From an uncultured Gemmatimonadaceae bacterium (lineage in GTDB: Bacteria; Gemmatimonadota; Gemmatimonadetes; Gemmatimonadales; Gemmatimonadaceae), in NCBI GenBank assembly GCA_963761305.1, contig CAVXGK010000001.1, positions 1,120,001 to 1,184,000 of the forward strand: a DNA stretch of 64,000 nt, read 5' to 3'. A program made the position numbers and the translations under genes. Below, piece by piece: positions 20,846 to 31,287 of this stretch (position 1 is the stretch's first letter; the number at the start of each line of letters is the position of its first letter). The notes beneath the pieces were generated by a model. That model had not been told where the DNA came from, did no database searches, and saw only the letters and a program-made list of their open reading frames with translations.

Positions 20846-22645
20846 GTGTCCGCTACCGCCCCTCCTTCGAACCCTTCTCGTCCCCCCACGGACGTCAGCA
20901 ATCCTCAGTACTACCATAAGGTTGTCGATTGCCAATACGCCTGTCCGGCGCACACCAACGTGCCGGAATACATCAGGCTGATCGCCCAAGGCAAATACAC
21001 CGAGTCGTACCTCCTCAACCGCGAATCCAACGTCTTCCCCGGCATCCTTGGCCGGACCTGCGACCGCCCCTGCGAGCCGGCGTGCAGGCGTGGCCGGGTC
21101 GACGGAAAGCCGGTTGCCATTTGTCGGTTGAAACGGGTCGCCGCGGATCATCGCGACGACGTCACCGAATTCCTGCCTAAAGCGCCGGCTCAGAAGAACG
21201 GCAAGCGCGTCGCGCTCATCGGCGCCGGGCCGGCATCGCTCACCGTCGCCAACGACCTCATGCCGCTCGGCTATGACGTCGTGATCCTGGAGAAGATCGC
21301 CGAGCCGGGTGGACTGATGCGGATCAACATCCCGTCATTCCGCTTGCCGGCGAGCGTGCTCGACGAAGAGGTCGGCTACATCCTCGACATGGGCGTCGAC
21401 ATCCGGTACAACTCGCCCGTCACGAGCATGCGCGATTTGTTGGCAGAGGGATTCGACGCGGTATTCGTCGGGAGCGGTGCGCCACACGGAAAGAATCTCG
21501 ACCTTCCCGGGAGAACCGAGGCCGCGGGGAACATTCATATAGGTATCGAGTGGCTCGCGTCGGCCCACTTCGGCCATATCGAGAAGATCGGCAGGCGGGT
21601 GCTCATCATCGGCGTCGGCAACACGGCGATGGACTGCTGCCGGACGTCGCGGCGGCTCGGCGGCACCGACGTCAAAGTCATCGCCCGGCGCGGACGCAAA
21701 TACTTCAAGGCGTCGCCGTGGGAGCTCGAGGACGCCGAGGAAGAGGGCGTGCACATCGTCGAGAACCATGCGCCCAAGCGCTTCATCCTCGAGAACGGCA
21801 AGCTCGTCGGGATGGAGATGGAAGTTCTGCGCTGGACCGAGGAGAACGGAAAGCAGAAGAGCGAAGTGATCGAGACGGTGGTGCTGCCGTGCGACGACGT
21901 CATCCTCGCCATCGGCCAGGAGAACGCGTTCGAGTGGATCGAGCGCGACATCGGGCTCGACTTTGACAAGCACGGGATGCCCGTGGTGGATCGCACGACG
22001 ATGATGTCGACCAAGCCCGGCGTCTTTTTCGGCGGCGACGCGGCGTGGGGGCCGGAGAACATCATCTGGGCCGTCGAGCACGGACATCAGGCCGCGATCT
22101 CGATCAACAATCATTGCCAAGGCGCGTCGCTCAGCGAGCGGCCGGCCTACGGCATGAACCTCGTCAGCTCGAAGGTCGGCATGCACTCGTGGAGCTACAG
22201 CAACGACTACAGCTCCGCGCAGCGTATGAAGATGAAGCACGAGGATCTGACCAAGCGCTTCAAGAGTCTGGGAGTGGAGGTCGAGCTCGGATTCAACGCC
22301 GAGCAGACCGCCGCCGAAGTGCAGCGCTGTCTCAACTGCGACGTGCAGACGGACTTCACGGCGAATCTGTGCATCGAGTGCGACGCCTGCATCGACGTCT
22401 GCCCGGAGAACTGCCTCACGATCATACCCGAGGCCGAGGCGGGCGCCGACATTCGGCAGCACCTCTCGGCGCCGGCGACGAACATGTCGCAGGAGATTTA
22501 CTCCTCGGCTCCGCTCCCGCAGACGAAGCGGATCATGGTGAAGGACGAGGACGTCTGCCTCCACTGCGGCCTCTGCGCCGAACGCTGCCCCACGGCCGCG
22601 TGGGACATGAGCCAGTTCGAACTGTTGATTCCATATGCCCATTAA
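20846..22645 (+). CDS. GltD/SudA-like FAD/NAD(P)H oxidoreductase with C-terminal 4Fe-4S dicluster domain
   Basis: CQYACPAH, GRTCDRPCEPAC, GAGPA, GVGNTAMDC, CIECDACIDVCP, CLHCGLCAERCP. Confidence 0.92.
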   Translation: MSATAPPSNPSRPPTDVSNPQYYHKVVDCQYACPAHTNVPEYIRLIAQGKYTESYLLNRESNVFPGILGRTCDRPCEPACRRGRVDGKPVAICRLKRVAADHRDDVTEFLPKAPAQKNGKRVALIGAGPASLTVANDLMPLGYDVVILEKIAEPGGLMRINIPSFRLPASVLDEEVGYILDMGVDIRYNSPVTSMRDLLAEGFDAVFVGSGAPHGKNLDLPGRTEAAGNIHIGIEWLASAHFGHIEKIGRRVLIIGVGNTAMDCCRTSRRLGGTDVKVIARRGRKYFKASPWELEDAEEEGVHIVENHAPKRFILENGKLVGMEMEVLRWTEENGKQKSEVIETVVLPCDDVILAIGQENAFEWIERDIGLDFDKHGMPVVDRTTMMSTKPGVFFGGDAAWGPENIIWAVEHGHQAAISINNHCQGASLSERPAYGMNLVSSKVGMHSWSYSNDYSSAQRMKMKHEDLTKRFKSLGVEVELGFNAEQTAAEVQRCLNCDVQTDFTANLCIECDACIDVCPENCLTIIPEAEAGADIRQHLSAPATNMSQEIYSSAPLPQTKRIMVKDEDVCLHCGLCAERCPTAAWDMSQFELLIPYAH

Positions 22646-24497
22646 CGATTTCGCGTTCAAGATCGGAACGGTCAACGGGACGGGGTCGGCCAGCGCGAAC
22701 GGCCTGCTCATGCAGGCGATCTTTCGCATGGGCATTCCGGTCACCGGCAAGAACGTGTTCCCCTCGAACATCCAGGGTCTGCCGACGTGGTACGAGATCC
22801 GGGTCAGCAAGGACGGCTACACGGCGCGTCCCGAGCACGTCGACCTCGTCGTCGCGCTCAACCCGGAGACCTACGCCAGGGATGTCGCCGCGGTGCGCGA
22901 GGGCGGCTACCTGCTGTACGACTCGTCATGGCCGCTCGACGACAAGTTGATTCGCGAAGGCATCACGATCCTCGGCATTCCGTTCGGCAAATTGTGCGTC
23001 GAGAACTTCGAGGGCGACCGCAATCGCACGCTGCTGCGCAACATCGTGTACGTCGGCGCGTTGGCGGCGCTGCTCGAGTTCGACATGGACGTGGTGAACG
23101 AGATGCTGCGCGAGAAGTTCGCCAAGAAGCGCGCGCTCCTCGACGCCAACTTCCGTGCGATCCGGCTCGGCTTCGACTACGCCAAGGCCAACTACGACTG
23201 TCCGCTGCCATTTCACCTCGAGCGAATGGGCGGCGACAAGACGAAAGACAGCATCCTGATCGACGGCAACGCCGCCGGCGCACTCGGCGCGGTGTTCGCC
23301 GGCGCCACGGTCGGCGCGTGGTACCCGATCACGCCCTCGACGTCGCTGATGGAAGCGTTCAAGGAATACTGCGAACGTTTCCGCGTCGACCCGACGACGG
23401 GCGAGCGCAAGTACGCGCTGATTCAAGCTGAAGACGAACTCGCGGCCGCCGGCATGGTGATCGGCGCGGGATGGGCCGGCGCACGCGCGTTCACATCGAC
23501 GGCCGGCCCGGGCATCTCGCTGATGAGCGAGTTCATCGGACTTGCGTACTACACCGAAATCCCCGGCGTCTTCTTCGACATTCAGCGCACCGGCCCGTCG
23601 ACCGGCATGCCGACGCGCACGCAGCAAGGCGACCTGCTCTCGATCGCGTATCTGTCGCATGGCGACACGAAGCACATCGCGCTCTTTCCGGCGAATCCGG
23701 GCGAGTGCTTCACGCTCGCCGTCGAAGCATTCGATCTGGCCGAGCGTTTCCAGACGCCGGTGTTCGTGGTGTCGGATCTGGACATCGGCATGAACGACTG
23801 GATGTGCCCGCGTTTCACCTGGGACGACAACTACCGTCCCGACCGAGGCAAGGTGCTCGGTCCCGCCGAACTCGAACGCGTCGAGAAATTTTCGCGTTAC
23901 CTCGACGTGGACGGCGACGGCATCGCGGCGAGAACGATCCCCGGTGCCTCACCGCGCGGCGGCTATTTCACGCGCGGCTCGGGGCACACGAAGTTCGGTA
24001 CCTACACCGAAGACGCGGCCGAATATCTGGAAGTCGTCGATCGGTTGGTGAAGAAGATGGAAACCGCCGCGAAGGCGGTGCCCGGTCCGGAGATCCGCTC
24101 CGCCGGCAAGACCACCGAGGTGGGGATCATCTCACTCGGCGGATGCCATGCGGCGGTAATGGAAGCAGTCGACAGATTGAGTGGTGGACAGGTGGACGGG
24201 TGGACAGGTGGACCGCTGGCGGTCGACTACATGCGCATTCGCGCGTTTCCGTTTGGGCCTGGCGTGCGAGAGTTCATCGAAGCGCACCCGAGGTGCTACG
24301 TGGTCGAGCAGAATCGCGACGGGCAACTGCGTTCGCTGCTCGCGCTCGAGACCGGGATTGCGCGCGACCGAATGATCTCGGTGCTGGACTACGGCGGCCT
24401 TCCGCTCACCGCCGATCGCGTCGTCGCCGGCATCGTCGGCAAGAAGGCACAGCCAGTCGGACCCGAACCGACGCGCCGCGAAGCCGCGCGCGTCTGA
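22635..24497 (+). CDS. korA: 2-oxoacid:ferredoxin oxidoreductase alpha subunit
   Basis: WYPITPSTS, QAEDE, QRTGPSTGMPTRTQQGD, VVEQN. Confidence 0.92.
   Translation: MPINDFAFKIGTVNGTGSASANGLLMQAIFRMGIPVTGKNVFPSNIQGLPTWYEIRVSKDGYTARPEHVDLVVALNPETYARDVAAVREGGYLLYDSSWPLDDKLIREGITILGIPFGKLCVENFEGDRNRTLLRNIVYVGALAALLEFDMDVVNEMLREKFAKKRALLDANFRAIRLGFDYAKANYDCPLPFHLERMGGDKTKDSILIDGNAAGALGAVFAGATVGAWYPITPSTSLMEAFKEYCERFRVDPTTGERKYALIQAEDELAAAGMVIGAGWAGARAFTSTAGPGISLMSEFIGLAYYTEIPGVFFDIQRTGPSTGMPTRTQQGDLLSIAYLSHGDTKHIALFPANPGECFTLAVEAFDLAERFQTPVFVVSDLDIGMNDWMCPRFTWDDNYRPDRGKVLGPAELERVEKFSRYLDVDGDGIAARTIPGASPRGGYFTRGSGHTKFGTYTEDAAEYLEVVDRLVKKMETAAKAVPGPEIRSAGKTTEVGIISLGGCHAAVMEAVDRLSGGQVDGWTGGPLAVDYMRIRAFPFGPGVREFIEAHPRCYVVEQNRDGQLRSLLALETGIARDRMISVLDYGGLPLTADRVVAGIVGKKAQPVGPEPTRREAARV
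24183..24214 (+). repeat. Four tandem GGTGGACN octamers inside korA
   Basis: GGTGGACA GGTGGACG GGTGGACA GGTGGACC. Confidence 0.9.
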
Positions 24498-24509
24498 GAC
24501 CGCTTCTAC

Positions 24510-25568
24510 ATGACATCAATTCCGAAACCGGCAGTTCGCCACCCTTCTCTCCCGAAAAATTCGCTCGGGCTGACGAAGCGCGACTACGAAGGCGCGATGT
24601 CGACCCTCTGCGCCGGCTGCGGGCATGACTCGATCACCGCCGCGCTCGTCCAGGCGCTCTGGGAGCTGGAGCTTCCGCCGCACCGCGCCGCGAAGATGAG
24701 CGGCATCGGCTGCTCGTCGAAGACGACGGCCTACTTCCTCCGGCAGTCGCACGGCTTCAACGGCGTGCACGGTCGCATGCCGGCGCTCGCCACCGGCGCG
24801 AACGCGGCGAATCGCGACCTCGCCTACATCGGCATCTCGGGAGACGGCGACTCGTTGTCTATCGGACTGGGACAACTGTGCCATGCCATCAGGCGAAACG
24901 TGAACATGATGTACGTCCTCGAGAACAACGGCGTCTACGGACTCACCAAGGGTCAGTTCTCGGCGTCGTCGGACGTGGGTTCGAAGTCGAAGAAGGGCGA
25001 AGCCAACCTTCAACAACCCATCGACCCTGTTCTGCTCGCGCTCACGCTCGGCGCGACGTTCGTGGCGCGTAGCTTTTCCGGCGACAAGACACAGCTGACG
25101 CCGATCCTCAAAGCGGCGATGAAGCACAACGGCTTCGCGCTGATCGACGTCATCTCGCCGTGCGTGAGCTTCAACGACCACGACTCGTCGACGAAGAGCT
25201 ACCGCTACACGCGCGAGCACTACAACGAGCTTGCGCCGGTGGACTTCGTGCCGCTGCGCCGAGAGATCACCGCGGATTCGGGTGCGTCGAACGGCGCCGT
25301 GAGCGTGACGATGCACGACGGAAGCGTCGTGCGGTTCCGTCACGTCGCCTCCAATTACGATCCGCGCGACCGCGATGCGGCGTACGCGCACGTGCGAGAG
25401 CACATGTCGCGCGGAGAAGTCGTGACGGGCCTTCTCTACATCGACGAGAAGGGCTCGGACATGCACGCCCTCGCCAAGACGGCGAAGACGCCGCTCGTCG
25501 ACCTGCCGTTCGACGACCTCTGCCCGGGAAGCGCCAGGCTGGCCGAGCTGATGGAAGAGTACCACTAG
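24510..25568 (+). CDS. korB: 2-oxoacid:ferredoxin oxidoreductase beta subunit
   Basis: LCAGCGH, SGIGCSS, HGR, GDGD...NNGVYGLTKGQ (TPP motif), SPCVSFN. Confidence 0.93.
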   Translation: MTSIPKPAVRHPSLPKNSLGLTKRDYEGAMSTLCAGCGHDSITAALVQALWELELPPHRAAKMSGIGCSSKTTAYFLRQSHGFNGVHGRMPALATGANAANRDLAYIGISGDGDSLSIGLGQLCHAIRRNVNMMYVLENNGVYGLTKGQFSASSDVGSKSKKGEANLQQPIDPVLLALTLGATFVARSFSGDKTQLTPILKAAMKHNGFALIDVISPCVSFNDHDSSTKSYRYTREHYNELAPVDFVPLRREITADSGASNGAVSVTMHDGSVVRFRHVASNYDPRDRDAAYAHVREHMSRGEVVTGLLYIDEKGSDMHALAKTAKTPLVDLPFDDLCPGSARLAELMEEYH

Positions 25569-25598
25569 CGCCCTTGCGGACGCTGCATCGCCGAGCCT

Positions 25599-26176
25599 AT
25601 GCTCGGCGACATGCTCGAGTATGAACTCCCCGAGGTGACGGCCGTGCGGCACGTGAGAGAACACATGCTGTGGCTTCGCTTTTCCGACGGCATCGAGGGC
25701 GAGGTCGACCTGAGCGACGGGCTGCGCGGGCCGATCTTCGAGCCGCTGCGTGATCCCGCCAGGTTCGGCGAAGTCGCCGTCGAACACGGGACGATCGCCT
25801 GGTCGAACGGAGCCGATTGGGCGCCCGAAACGCTCTACGACCGACTGCGCGCGGCCATTGGGTTGGATACGCGTTCTTTCGGTGATGCTCGCCGCGACGA
25901 GTCGACGTACATCGCCGGAATGCCGGAAGTCAGCCGATTCTACGGCATCGTCATTCGCATGCTCGCCAACGAACACGCCTCGCCGCAGTTCCATGCGACG
26001 TACGGCGAGTACCACGTCAGCTTGACCATCGAGGACGGCGTCGTCACGGGTCGCTTTCCGACACGAGCACTCGACTCGTCGTCGAGTGGGGCAAACTTCA
26101 CCGAGACGAGTTGTTGGAGAACTGGTCGCGACTCCGGAACGGAGAGACGCCGAAGGCGATTGCGCCGTTGGCTTGA
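25599..26176 (+). pseudogene. DUF2442-DUF4160 fusion (antitoxin-toxin-like) with a frameshift near 26072
   Basis: LWLRFSDG...GPIFEPL...WSNGADWAPETLY, then in frame MPEVSRFYGIVIRM...; the shifted frame gives LVVEWGKLHRDELLENW...IAPLA* ending at 26176. Confidence 0.75.
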
Positions 26177-26182
26177 CCGCGG

Positions 26183-27124
26183 TCACACCGGCGTCGACGT
26201 CCTCACTCGTCCGACCACGATGGTGGTGTTGTCCGATCCGCCTCGCTCGAGTGCGAGCTCGAGCAGCGCCCGGCAGAGCTGTTCGGACGATTCGAGGCCG
26301 AGTACGTGCTGCTCGATCTCGCGATCGGTGACGTGTTTCGTGAGACCGTCGCTGCACAAGAGCACGACCGGCCGTTCGCCGCGGACGTCGATGCGCGTCA
26401 CCACCGGCACGGCGGCGGATCCGCCGATCGCGCTCGAGAGCACGTGCGTGTACGGCGACTTGGCCGCCCGTTCGGGCGTCAGCACGCCTTGATCGACCAG
26501 ATCCTGCGCAACGGTTTGATCGCGAGTGATCTGGCGCATCACCCCGTTGCAGCAGAAGTACGCCCGGCTGTCGCCGACTTGCAGGACATAAAGCCAGGGC
26601 CAGACGACGATCCCGAACGTCAACGTCGTCGCCATGCCCGCGTTGCCGCGCATCGCCGATTCGACCGACACGGTCTCATGAGCGTTCAGCGCCGCCGCGC
26701 GCAGTCCGTCGAGAAAGAGCTTGTCGTCCGTCGCGCCGGCTGCGTGATAACAGCGCAGACTCGAGGAGACGTATGCCGTGACCGCCTCGGCCGCCAACCG
26801 GCTGGCGTCGCCTCCACCGAACTGACCGCCGACGCCGTCGGCGACGAGGAAGACAGTTGCCAGGCGCTGGCCACGAAGCGGCAACTGCTCGGCGTGGGAC
26901 AGACTCGTACCGTGCACGTGGACTTCGGGGTGAACGGTGCCGACGAAGAAATGATCCTGATTCTCCGTGCGAACCTTCCCGACGTGCGTGATCCCAAAGA
27001 GGTCCAGCGCACTGTCCGTCGGTCTCACGCCATGTTCGTCCGTCGACGCGACGGTTTCGACCGTCTGCGCTGCGAGAGTGGATCGCGGCGTCCGTGCGGA
27101 CGAGAAGAGCTGGGAAAGCTTCAT
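26183..27124 (-). CDS. PP2C-family Ser/Thr protein phosphatase
   Basis: GKVRTENQD, VADGVGG, VGDSRAY, LCSDGL, GGSDNTT. Confidence 0.93.
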   Translation of the reverse strand: MKLSQLFSSARTPRSTLAAQTVETVASTDEHGVRPTDSALDLFGITHVGKVRTENQDHFFVGTVHPEVHVHGTSLSHAEQLPLRGQRLATVFLVADGVGGQFGGGDASRLAAEAVTAYVSSSLRCYHAAGATDDKLFLDGLRAAALNAHETVSVESAMRGNAGMATTLTFGIVVWPWLYVLQVGDSRAYFCCNGVMRQITRDQTVAQDLVDQGVLTPERAAKSPYTHVLSSAIGGSAAVPVVTRIDVRGERPVVLLCSDGLTKHVTDREIEQHVLGLESSEQLCRALLELALERGGSDNTTIVVGRVRTSTPV

Positions 27125-27268
27125 GACGACCCTCCTCACATCGTGGCTGGTCAGCCAACGCAAGCCTCGAGAAACGATGGCTCGACTTCCGGCAAAGGGC
27201 AAATCCCAGCAGCCTGGCGTCCGACCCGATCAAGCGACACCGTCATGCAGTCCCCGCCGAGAGCTAGC

Positions 27269-28594
27269 ATGCACCGACGACTCACAACCGCCCTTCTCGC
27301 GATTCTTGCCGCGGCTCAGGCCGCCGCCCAACAAGCCGACCCGGCGCTGCTGGCGGAGATTCGCGCGATCCGCGCCATCGACAATCACTCGCATCCACCG
27401 GCCCTCACCGCGCCGGGCCAGAAGGACGACGACTTCGACGCACTGCCGTGCGACCCGCTCGAACCGACCGATCCGGCGCTGAGCAGCCGTCCGGACAACC
27501 CGCGCTTTCTCGCAGCGTGGAAGGCGCTCTACGGCTATCGGTACAACGACGCCGACTCGGCGCACCTGCGTGAGTTGGTCGCCGCCAAGCAGCGGGTGAA
27601 GAGCGCTCAGGGCGACAAGTACGCGGTGTGGGTCCTCGACAAGCTCGGCATCGAGACGGAGCTGGCGAACCGCGTCGCGATCGGACGCGGCCTCGTGGCG
27701 CCGAGGTTTCGCTGGGTGCCGTTCGTCGACGCACTGCTCTTTCCGCTCGACAACAGCGGCGTCGCCAAATACACGCCGGACCGCAGTTTCTTTTTCGCGC
27801 GCGAGGACGCGATCCTGCGGCGCTACATGGCCGCCGTCAACGTGAGCCGCCGGCCGGCGACGCTCGACGCGTATCTCTCAGAGATCGTGACGCCGACGCT
27901 CGAGCGGCTCCAGCGCGAAGGCGCGGTGGCCATCAAATACGAAGCCGCTTATTTACGTCCGCTCAACTTCACCCGCGGCGACAGGGGGGCGGCCGATCGC
28001 GCGTTCGCCAGATACACGAACGCCGGCGTTCCATCGGACGCCGACTACGCGGCCGTGCAGGATTTCGTCTTTCACTTTGTCGCGGTCGAAGCCGGTCGAC
28101 TCGGGCTGCCGGTCCACATTCATACGGGCTACGGCTGCGGCGGCTATTTCGAGATCGCGGGGTCGAATCCACTGCTGCTCGAGCCGGTCCTCGACGACGC
28201 GTCGCTTCGCAAGACGAAGTTCGTGCTCCTGCACGGCGGCGCCGGTCCGTTTTCGAAGGAGGTCGCGGCGCTTCTCATGAAGCCGAACGTCTACACCGAT
28301 TTCTCCGAGCAGACGTGGCTCCTCCCTACGCGCGAGCTGGCGACGAGCATCCGCTACTGGCTCGAGTGGTATCCCGAGAAGGTGTTGTTCGGGACCGACC
28401 TCTCGCCGGGAACGCCTTCCATAGATTGGGAAGAGATCGGCTGGCAGACGACGACGTCGGGGCGAGAGGCGCTGGCGATCGCGCTGACCGGTATGATGAA
28501 CGACGGCGAGATCGCGAGACCGCGCGCGTCGGAGATCGCGCGGATGGTGATGCGCGGAAACGCGCTCCGGCTTTACGGCTGGCCCGACAAATAG
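27269..28594 (+). CDS. Secreted amidohydrolase family protein
   Basis: Signal peptide; IDNHSH, VHIHTG, LLHG, LFGTD. Confidence 0.88.
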   Translation: MHRRLTTALLAILAAAQAAAQQADPALLAEIRAIRAIDNHSHPPALTAPGQKDDDFDALPCDPLEPTDPALSSRPDNPRFLAAWKALYGYRYNDADSAHLRELVAAKQRVKSAQGDKYAVWVLDKLGIETELANRVAIGRGLVAPRFRWVPFVDALLFPLDNSGVAKYTPDRSFFFAREDAILRRYMAAVNVSRRPATLDAYLSEIVTPTLERLQREGAVAIKYEAAYLRPLNFTRGDRGAADRAFARYTNAGVPSDADYAAVQDFVFHFVAVEAGRLGLPVHIHTGYGCGGYFEIAGSNPLLLEPVLDDASLRKTKFVLLHGGAGPFSKEVAALLMKPNVYTDFSEQTWLLPTRELATSIRYWLEWYPEKVLFGTDLSPGTPSIDWEEIGWQTTTSGREALAIALTGMMNDGEIARPRASEIARMVMRGNALRLYGWPDK

Positions 28595-28596
28595 AC

Positions 28597-29723
28597 TCAC
28601 TTCGTCAGCGGCTTCACACGAAGGAGCAGGCCTTTCGGATTGTCGGTGATCAGATAGATGTAGCCGTCGGGACCCTGGCGCACGTCGCGAATTCGTTCGT
28701 GCAGCTCGTGCAGATAGCGCTCCTCGGTCGCGACAACTCCATTTCGCAGCGTGAGGCGTACCAGCGCCTGCGACGCCAGCCCGCCGACGAAGATGCTTCC
28801 GCGCCACTCGGGAAACTTGTCGCCCGTGTAGAACAACATCCCCGACGGTGCGATCACCGGGTCCCAGTAATACACGGGCTGTTCCATGCCTTGCTTCACC
28901 GCGCCTTCGCCGATCGGTGTCAGGTCGTAGTTGCGCCCGTAGCTGATGACGGGCCATCCGTAGTTCTTGCCTGCCGGGATGATTCAGCTCGTCGCCGCCG
29001 CGCGCGCCATGCTCCACGGTCCAGAGTTGCCCCGTCGCCGGGTCGACCGCCGCCGCCTCCACGTTGCGATGCCCATAGGACCAGATCTCCGGGCGCGCGT
29101 TGGTGCGAGAGACAAACGGGTTGTCGCGCGGGATCGAGCCGTCGCGATTGATGCGCACGATCTTTCCCAGGTCGCTCGACAAGTCCTGGGCCTGTTCACG
29201 AAAGGCGAATCGCTCGCCTTACGTGATCCACATGGTGCTATCCCGACCGAAGGCGATGCGCGAGCCAAAATGGTTGTCACTTTTGACCTTCGGCTGCTGC
29301 CGATAGATCACGCGAACATCATCCAGCGCCGAGTCGGAGAGATGCGCTCGCGCGACCGCGGTGCCGGCGGTGCCGTCTGGACCAGGCTCGGCGAACGACA
29401 GATAGATGATGTGATTCGTCTCGAACGCCGGGTCGAGCGCGACGTCGAGCAGTCCACCTTGTCCCTGCGCGTAGACCGTCGGCACGCCGGCCAACGGCGC
29501 GGACACGTGGCCGTCGGAATCGACGAGGCGGAGGCGACCAGGTCGCTCGGTCACGATCATTCGACCGTCGGGAAGGAACTCGAGCCCCCACGGCGAAGTG
29601 AGCCGCTTGGCGACCGTGTCGACGCGGACCGCGCCGACGATCGGCTTGGCGTTCGGCGAGCGCGGCGCCGGCCCGTGTGGATCGCACGCGCATCGTCGTG
29701 AGAAGCAATGCCATGCCTTTCAT
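28597..29723 (-). pseudogene. PQQ-dependent sugar (glucose/sorbosone) dehydrogenase, disrupted
   Basis: [57 protein letters not shown] and IAPSG, split by two frameshifts (~29690, ~28975) and an in-frame TAA at 29219-29221. Confidence 0.88.
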
Positions 29724-29744
29724 CCCGGTGCGCCGCGCCATTTA

Positions 29745-31064
29745 CTAGCGCGCCTGAATCGGTGCTGACTGTCCGTGCAACAGGGCCGTGAGCCACGCGG
29801 TCGAGCGCGTCGTCCACGCCATCTGCTGCTCGGCGGTTGCCTGGTGATTGTGAGGAGCGTTGGTCAGCGGCACGGCCTCCTTCGGTCCTGTGATCTGGTT
29901 GAACACCGTCCAGATGCCGATCGACGGAGCGACTTTGTCGAGGAAGCCCATCGCCACCATCGTCGGCACACGAATGCGCGACGCGAAGTTCACAACGTCG
30001 AAGTACGGCGCGGTCTCCATGACGCGCGGGTTCTTCGAGTCCCAGAACGGGTAGCCGGCATCGCGTCCGTGTAGCGCGGCGGTCGCGTCCGCGCCTGCGG
30101 GCACGTGCACCACGACCGCCGAAACGCTCGAGTTGAGCGCCGCGGTGACGAGACTCTGCTGGCCGCCCATGCTGATGCCGGTGGCGACGAGCGTCCGTCC
30201 GTCCCACTCCGGGCGCGCCGTGAGGAACTCCACGGCCCGGTAGTCGCCGAGGTACATCTGAAGGAAGTAGTTGTGATCGCGGTCGGAGTCGTTGATGCGC
30301 TGATACTCCTTGAACATCTGCGGCAGCGCGTCGTAGAACGCCTGCGGCAGGTCGCTCGGCACGTCGTGCGGTTCGACGTTGACGGCGAACCAGCCCTCCG
30401 CGGCTCGGTCGGTGACCCACGACTTCGCGAGCGGATATGGTGGGCTCGCCCACTGAAAGATGATCAGCGCCGGGAATTTTCCGTCGCGCTTGGGAGCCGC
30501 CATCTGCCCGTAGACGTGCGCGCCGCCGACGTTGTCGAGCCGGAAGGTGGCATAGTCGACGCCCTCGACGCCGCTCTCCTTCGGCGTGACGACGGCGTTC
30601 ATCGGGACGCTGGCGAGGAGATCGAGCTTGGATTTCCAAAACGCATCGAAATCCGGTGGACGCGGTGCGTCCGGCTGGATTTTCGTCGGGTCGACCGCCG
30701 CCGCGAGCGCGACGAGCCCGGGGCCGCCAGTGTGCACGTCGCCGAAGTCAGTCGTTCCGGCCGGAGGCTTGATCTCGACGCGCACCATGCCGGGTTCGGC
30801 GAGCGAGGTCTCGATTCTTGCCGGGCCGCGGGAGAGATCGAGCGTCCCCGACTTGATCGTGCGCTGACCGTTCTCGGTGATCGTGTAGGTGTACGCGCCG
30901 CTCACAACGTGCTGGCCCGCGGCAACCGCGATCGTCCAGCCGACAGTCTCGTTCACGCGGTAGATGTCGGACTTCGCGAAGGGCGTCGCGACGATCTGCG
31001 CGCGAACAGGGACAATGGCGATCGACAGCGCGACGACGCAGAGCCGAGTCGAAGACAATGTCAT
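29745..31064 (-). CDS. Acetyl xylan esterase / cephalosporin-C deacetylase-like (CE7) hydrolase, secreted
   Basis: RPPDFDAFW, GISMGG nucleophile elbow, YFDVVNFA, GFLD...H. Confidence 0.85.
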   Translation of the reverse strand: MTLSSTRLCVVALSIAIVPVRAQIVATPFAKSDIYRVNETVGWTIAVAAGQHVVSGAYTYTITENGQRTIKSGTLDLSRGPARIETSLAEPGMVRVEIKPPAGTTDFGDVHTGGPGLVALAAAVDPTKIQPDAPRPPDFDAFWKSKLDLLASVPMNAVVTPKESGVEGVDYATFRLDNVGGAHVYGQMAAPKRDGKFPALIIFQWASPPYPLAKSWVTDRAAEGWFAVNVEPHDVPSDLPQAFYDALPQMFKEYQRINDSDRDHNYFLQMYLGDYRAVEFLTARPEWDGRTLVATGISMGGQQSLVTAALNSSVSAVVVHVPAGADATAALHGRDAGYPFWDSKNPRVMETAPYFDVVNFASRIRVPTMVAMGFLDKVAPSIGIWTVFNQITGPKEAVPLTNAPHNHQATAEQQMAWTTRSTAWLTALLHGQSAPIQAR

Positions 31065-31137
31065 TAGACGAGAGGGTGAGTTTGATTCGCGCGGGCGGGT
31101 CTCGCCCGTCGGCGTTCGTCTTGGCGAGAAGGAAAAC

Positions 31138-31259
31138 TCAACGCAGATGCCGCAGATGATAACGACAATCCCGCAGATGAAACGCGAAGGCGTCGTCGAA
31201 GTCAACCCACGCGTTCAATCTGCGGCATTGCTGTTCAGATCTGCGTCATCTGCGTTTCA
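31138..31259. repeat. REP-like imperfect palindrome, copy 2 (inverted relative to copy 1)
   Basis: The minus strand reads TGAAACGCAGATGACGCAGATCTGAACAGCAATGCCGCAGAT, near-identical to 441-481. Confidence 0.85.
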
Positions 31260-31287
31260 GTTTTGTCGGTCCCGATCGTAGCCCGGG

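Noticed and set aside
26176..26492. C-terminal extension of the 25599 ORF
   Set aside because: It is an artefact of the frameshift and overlaps the convergent PP2C gene.
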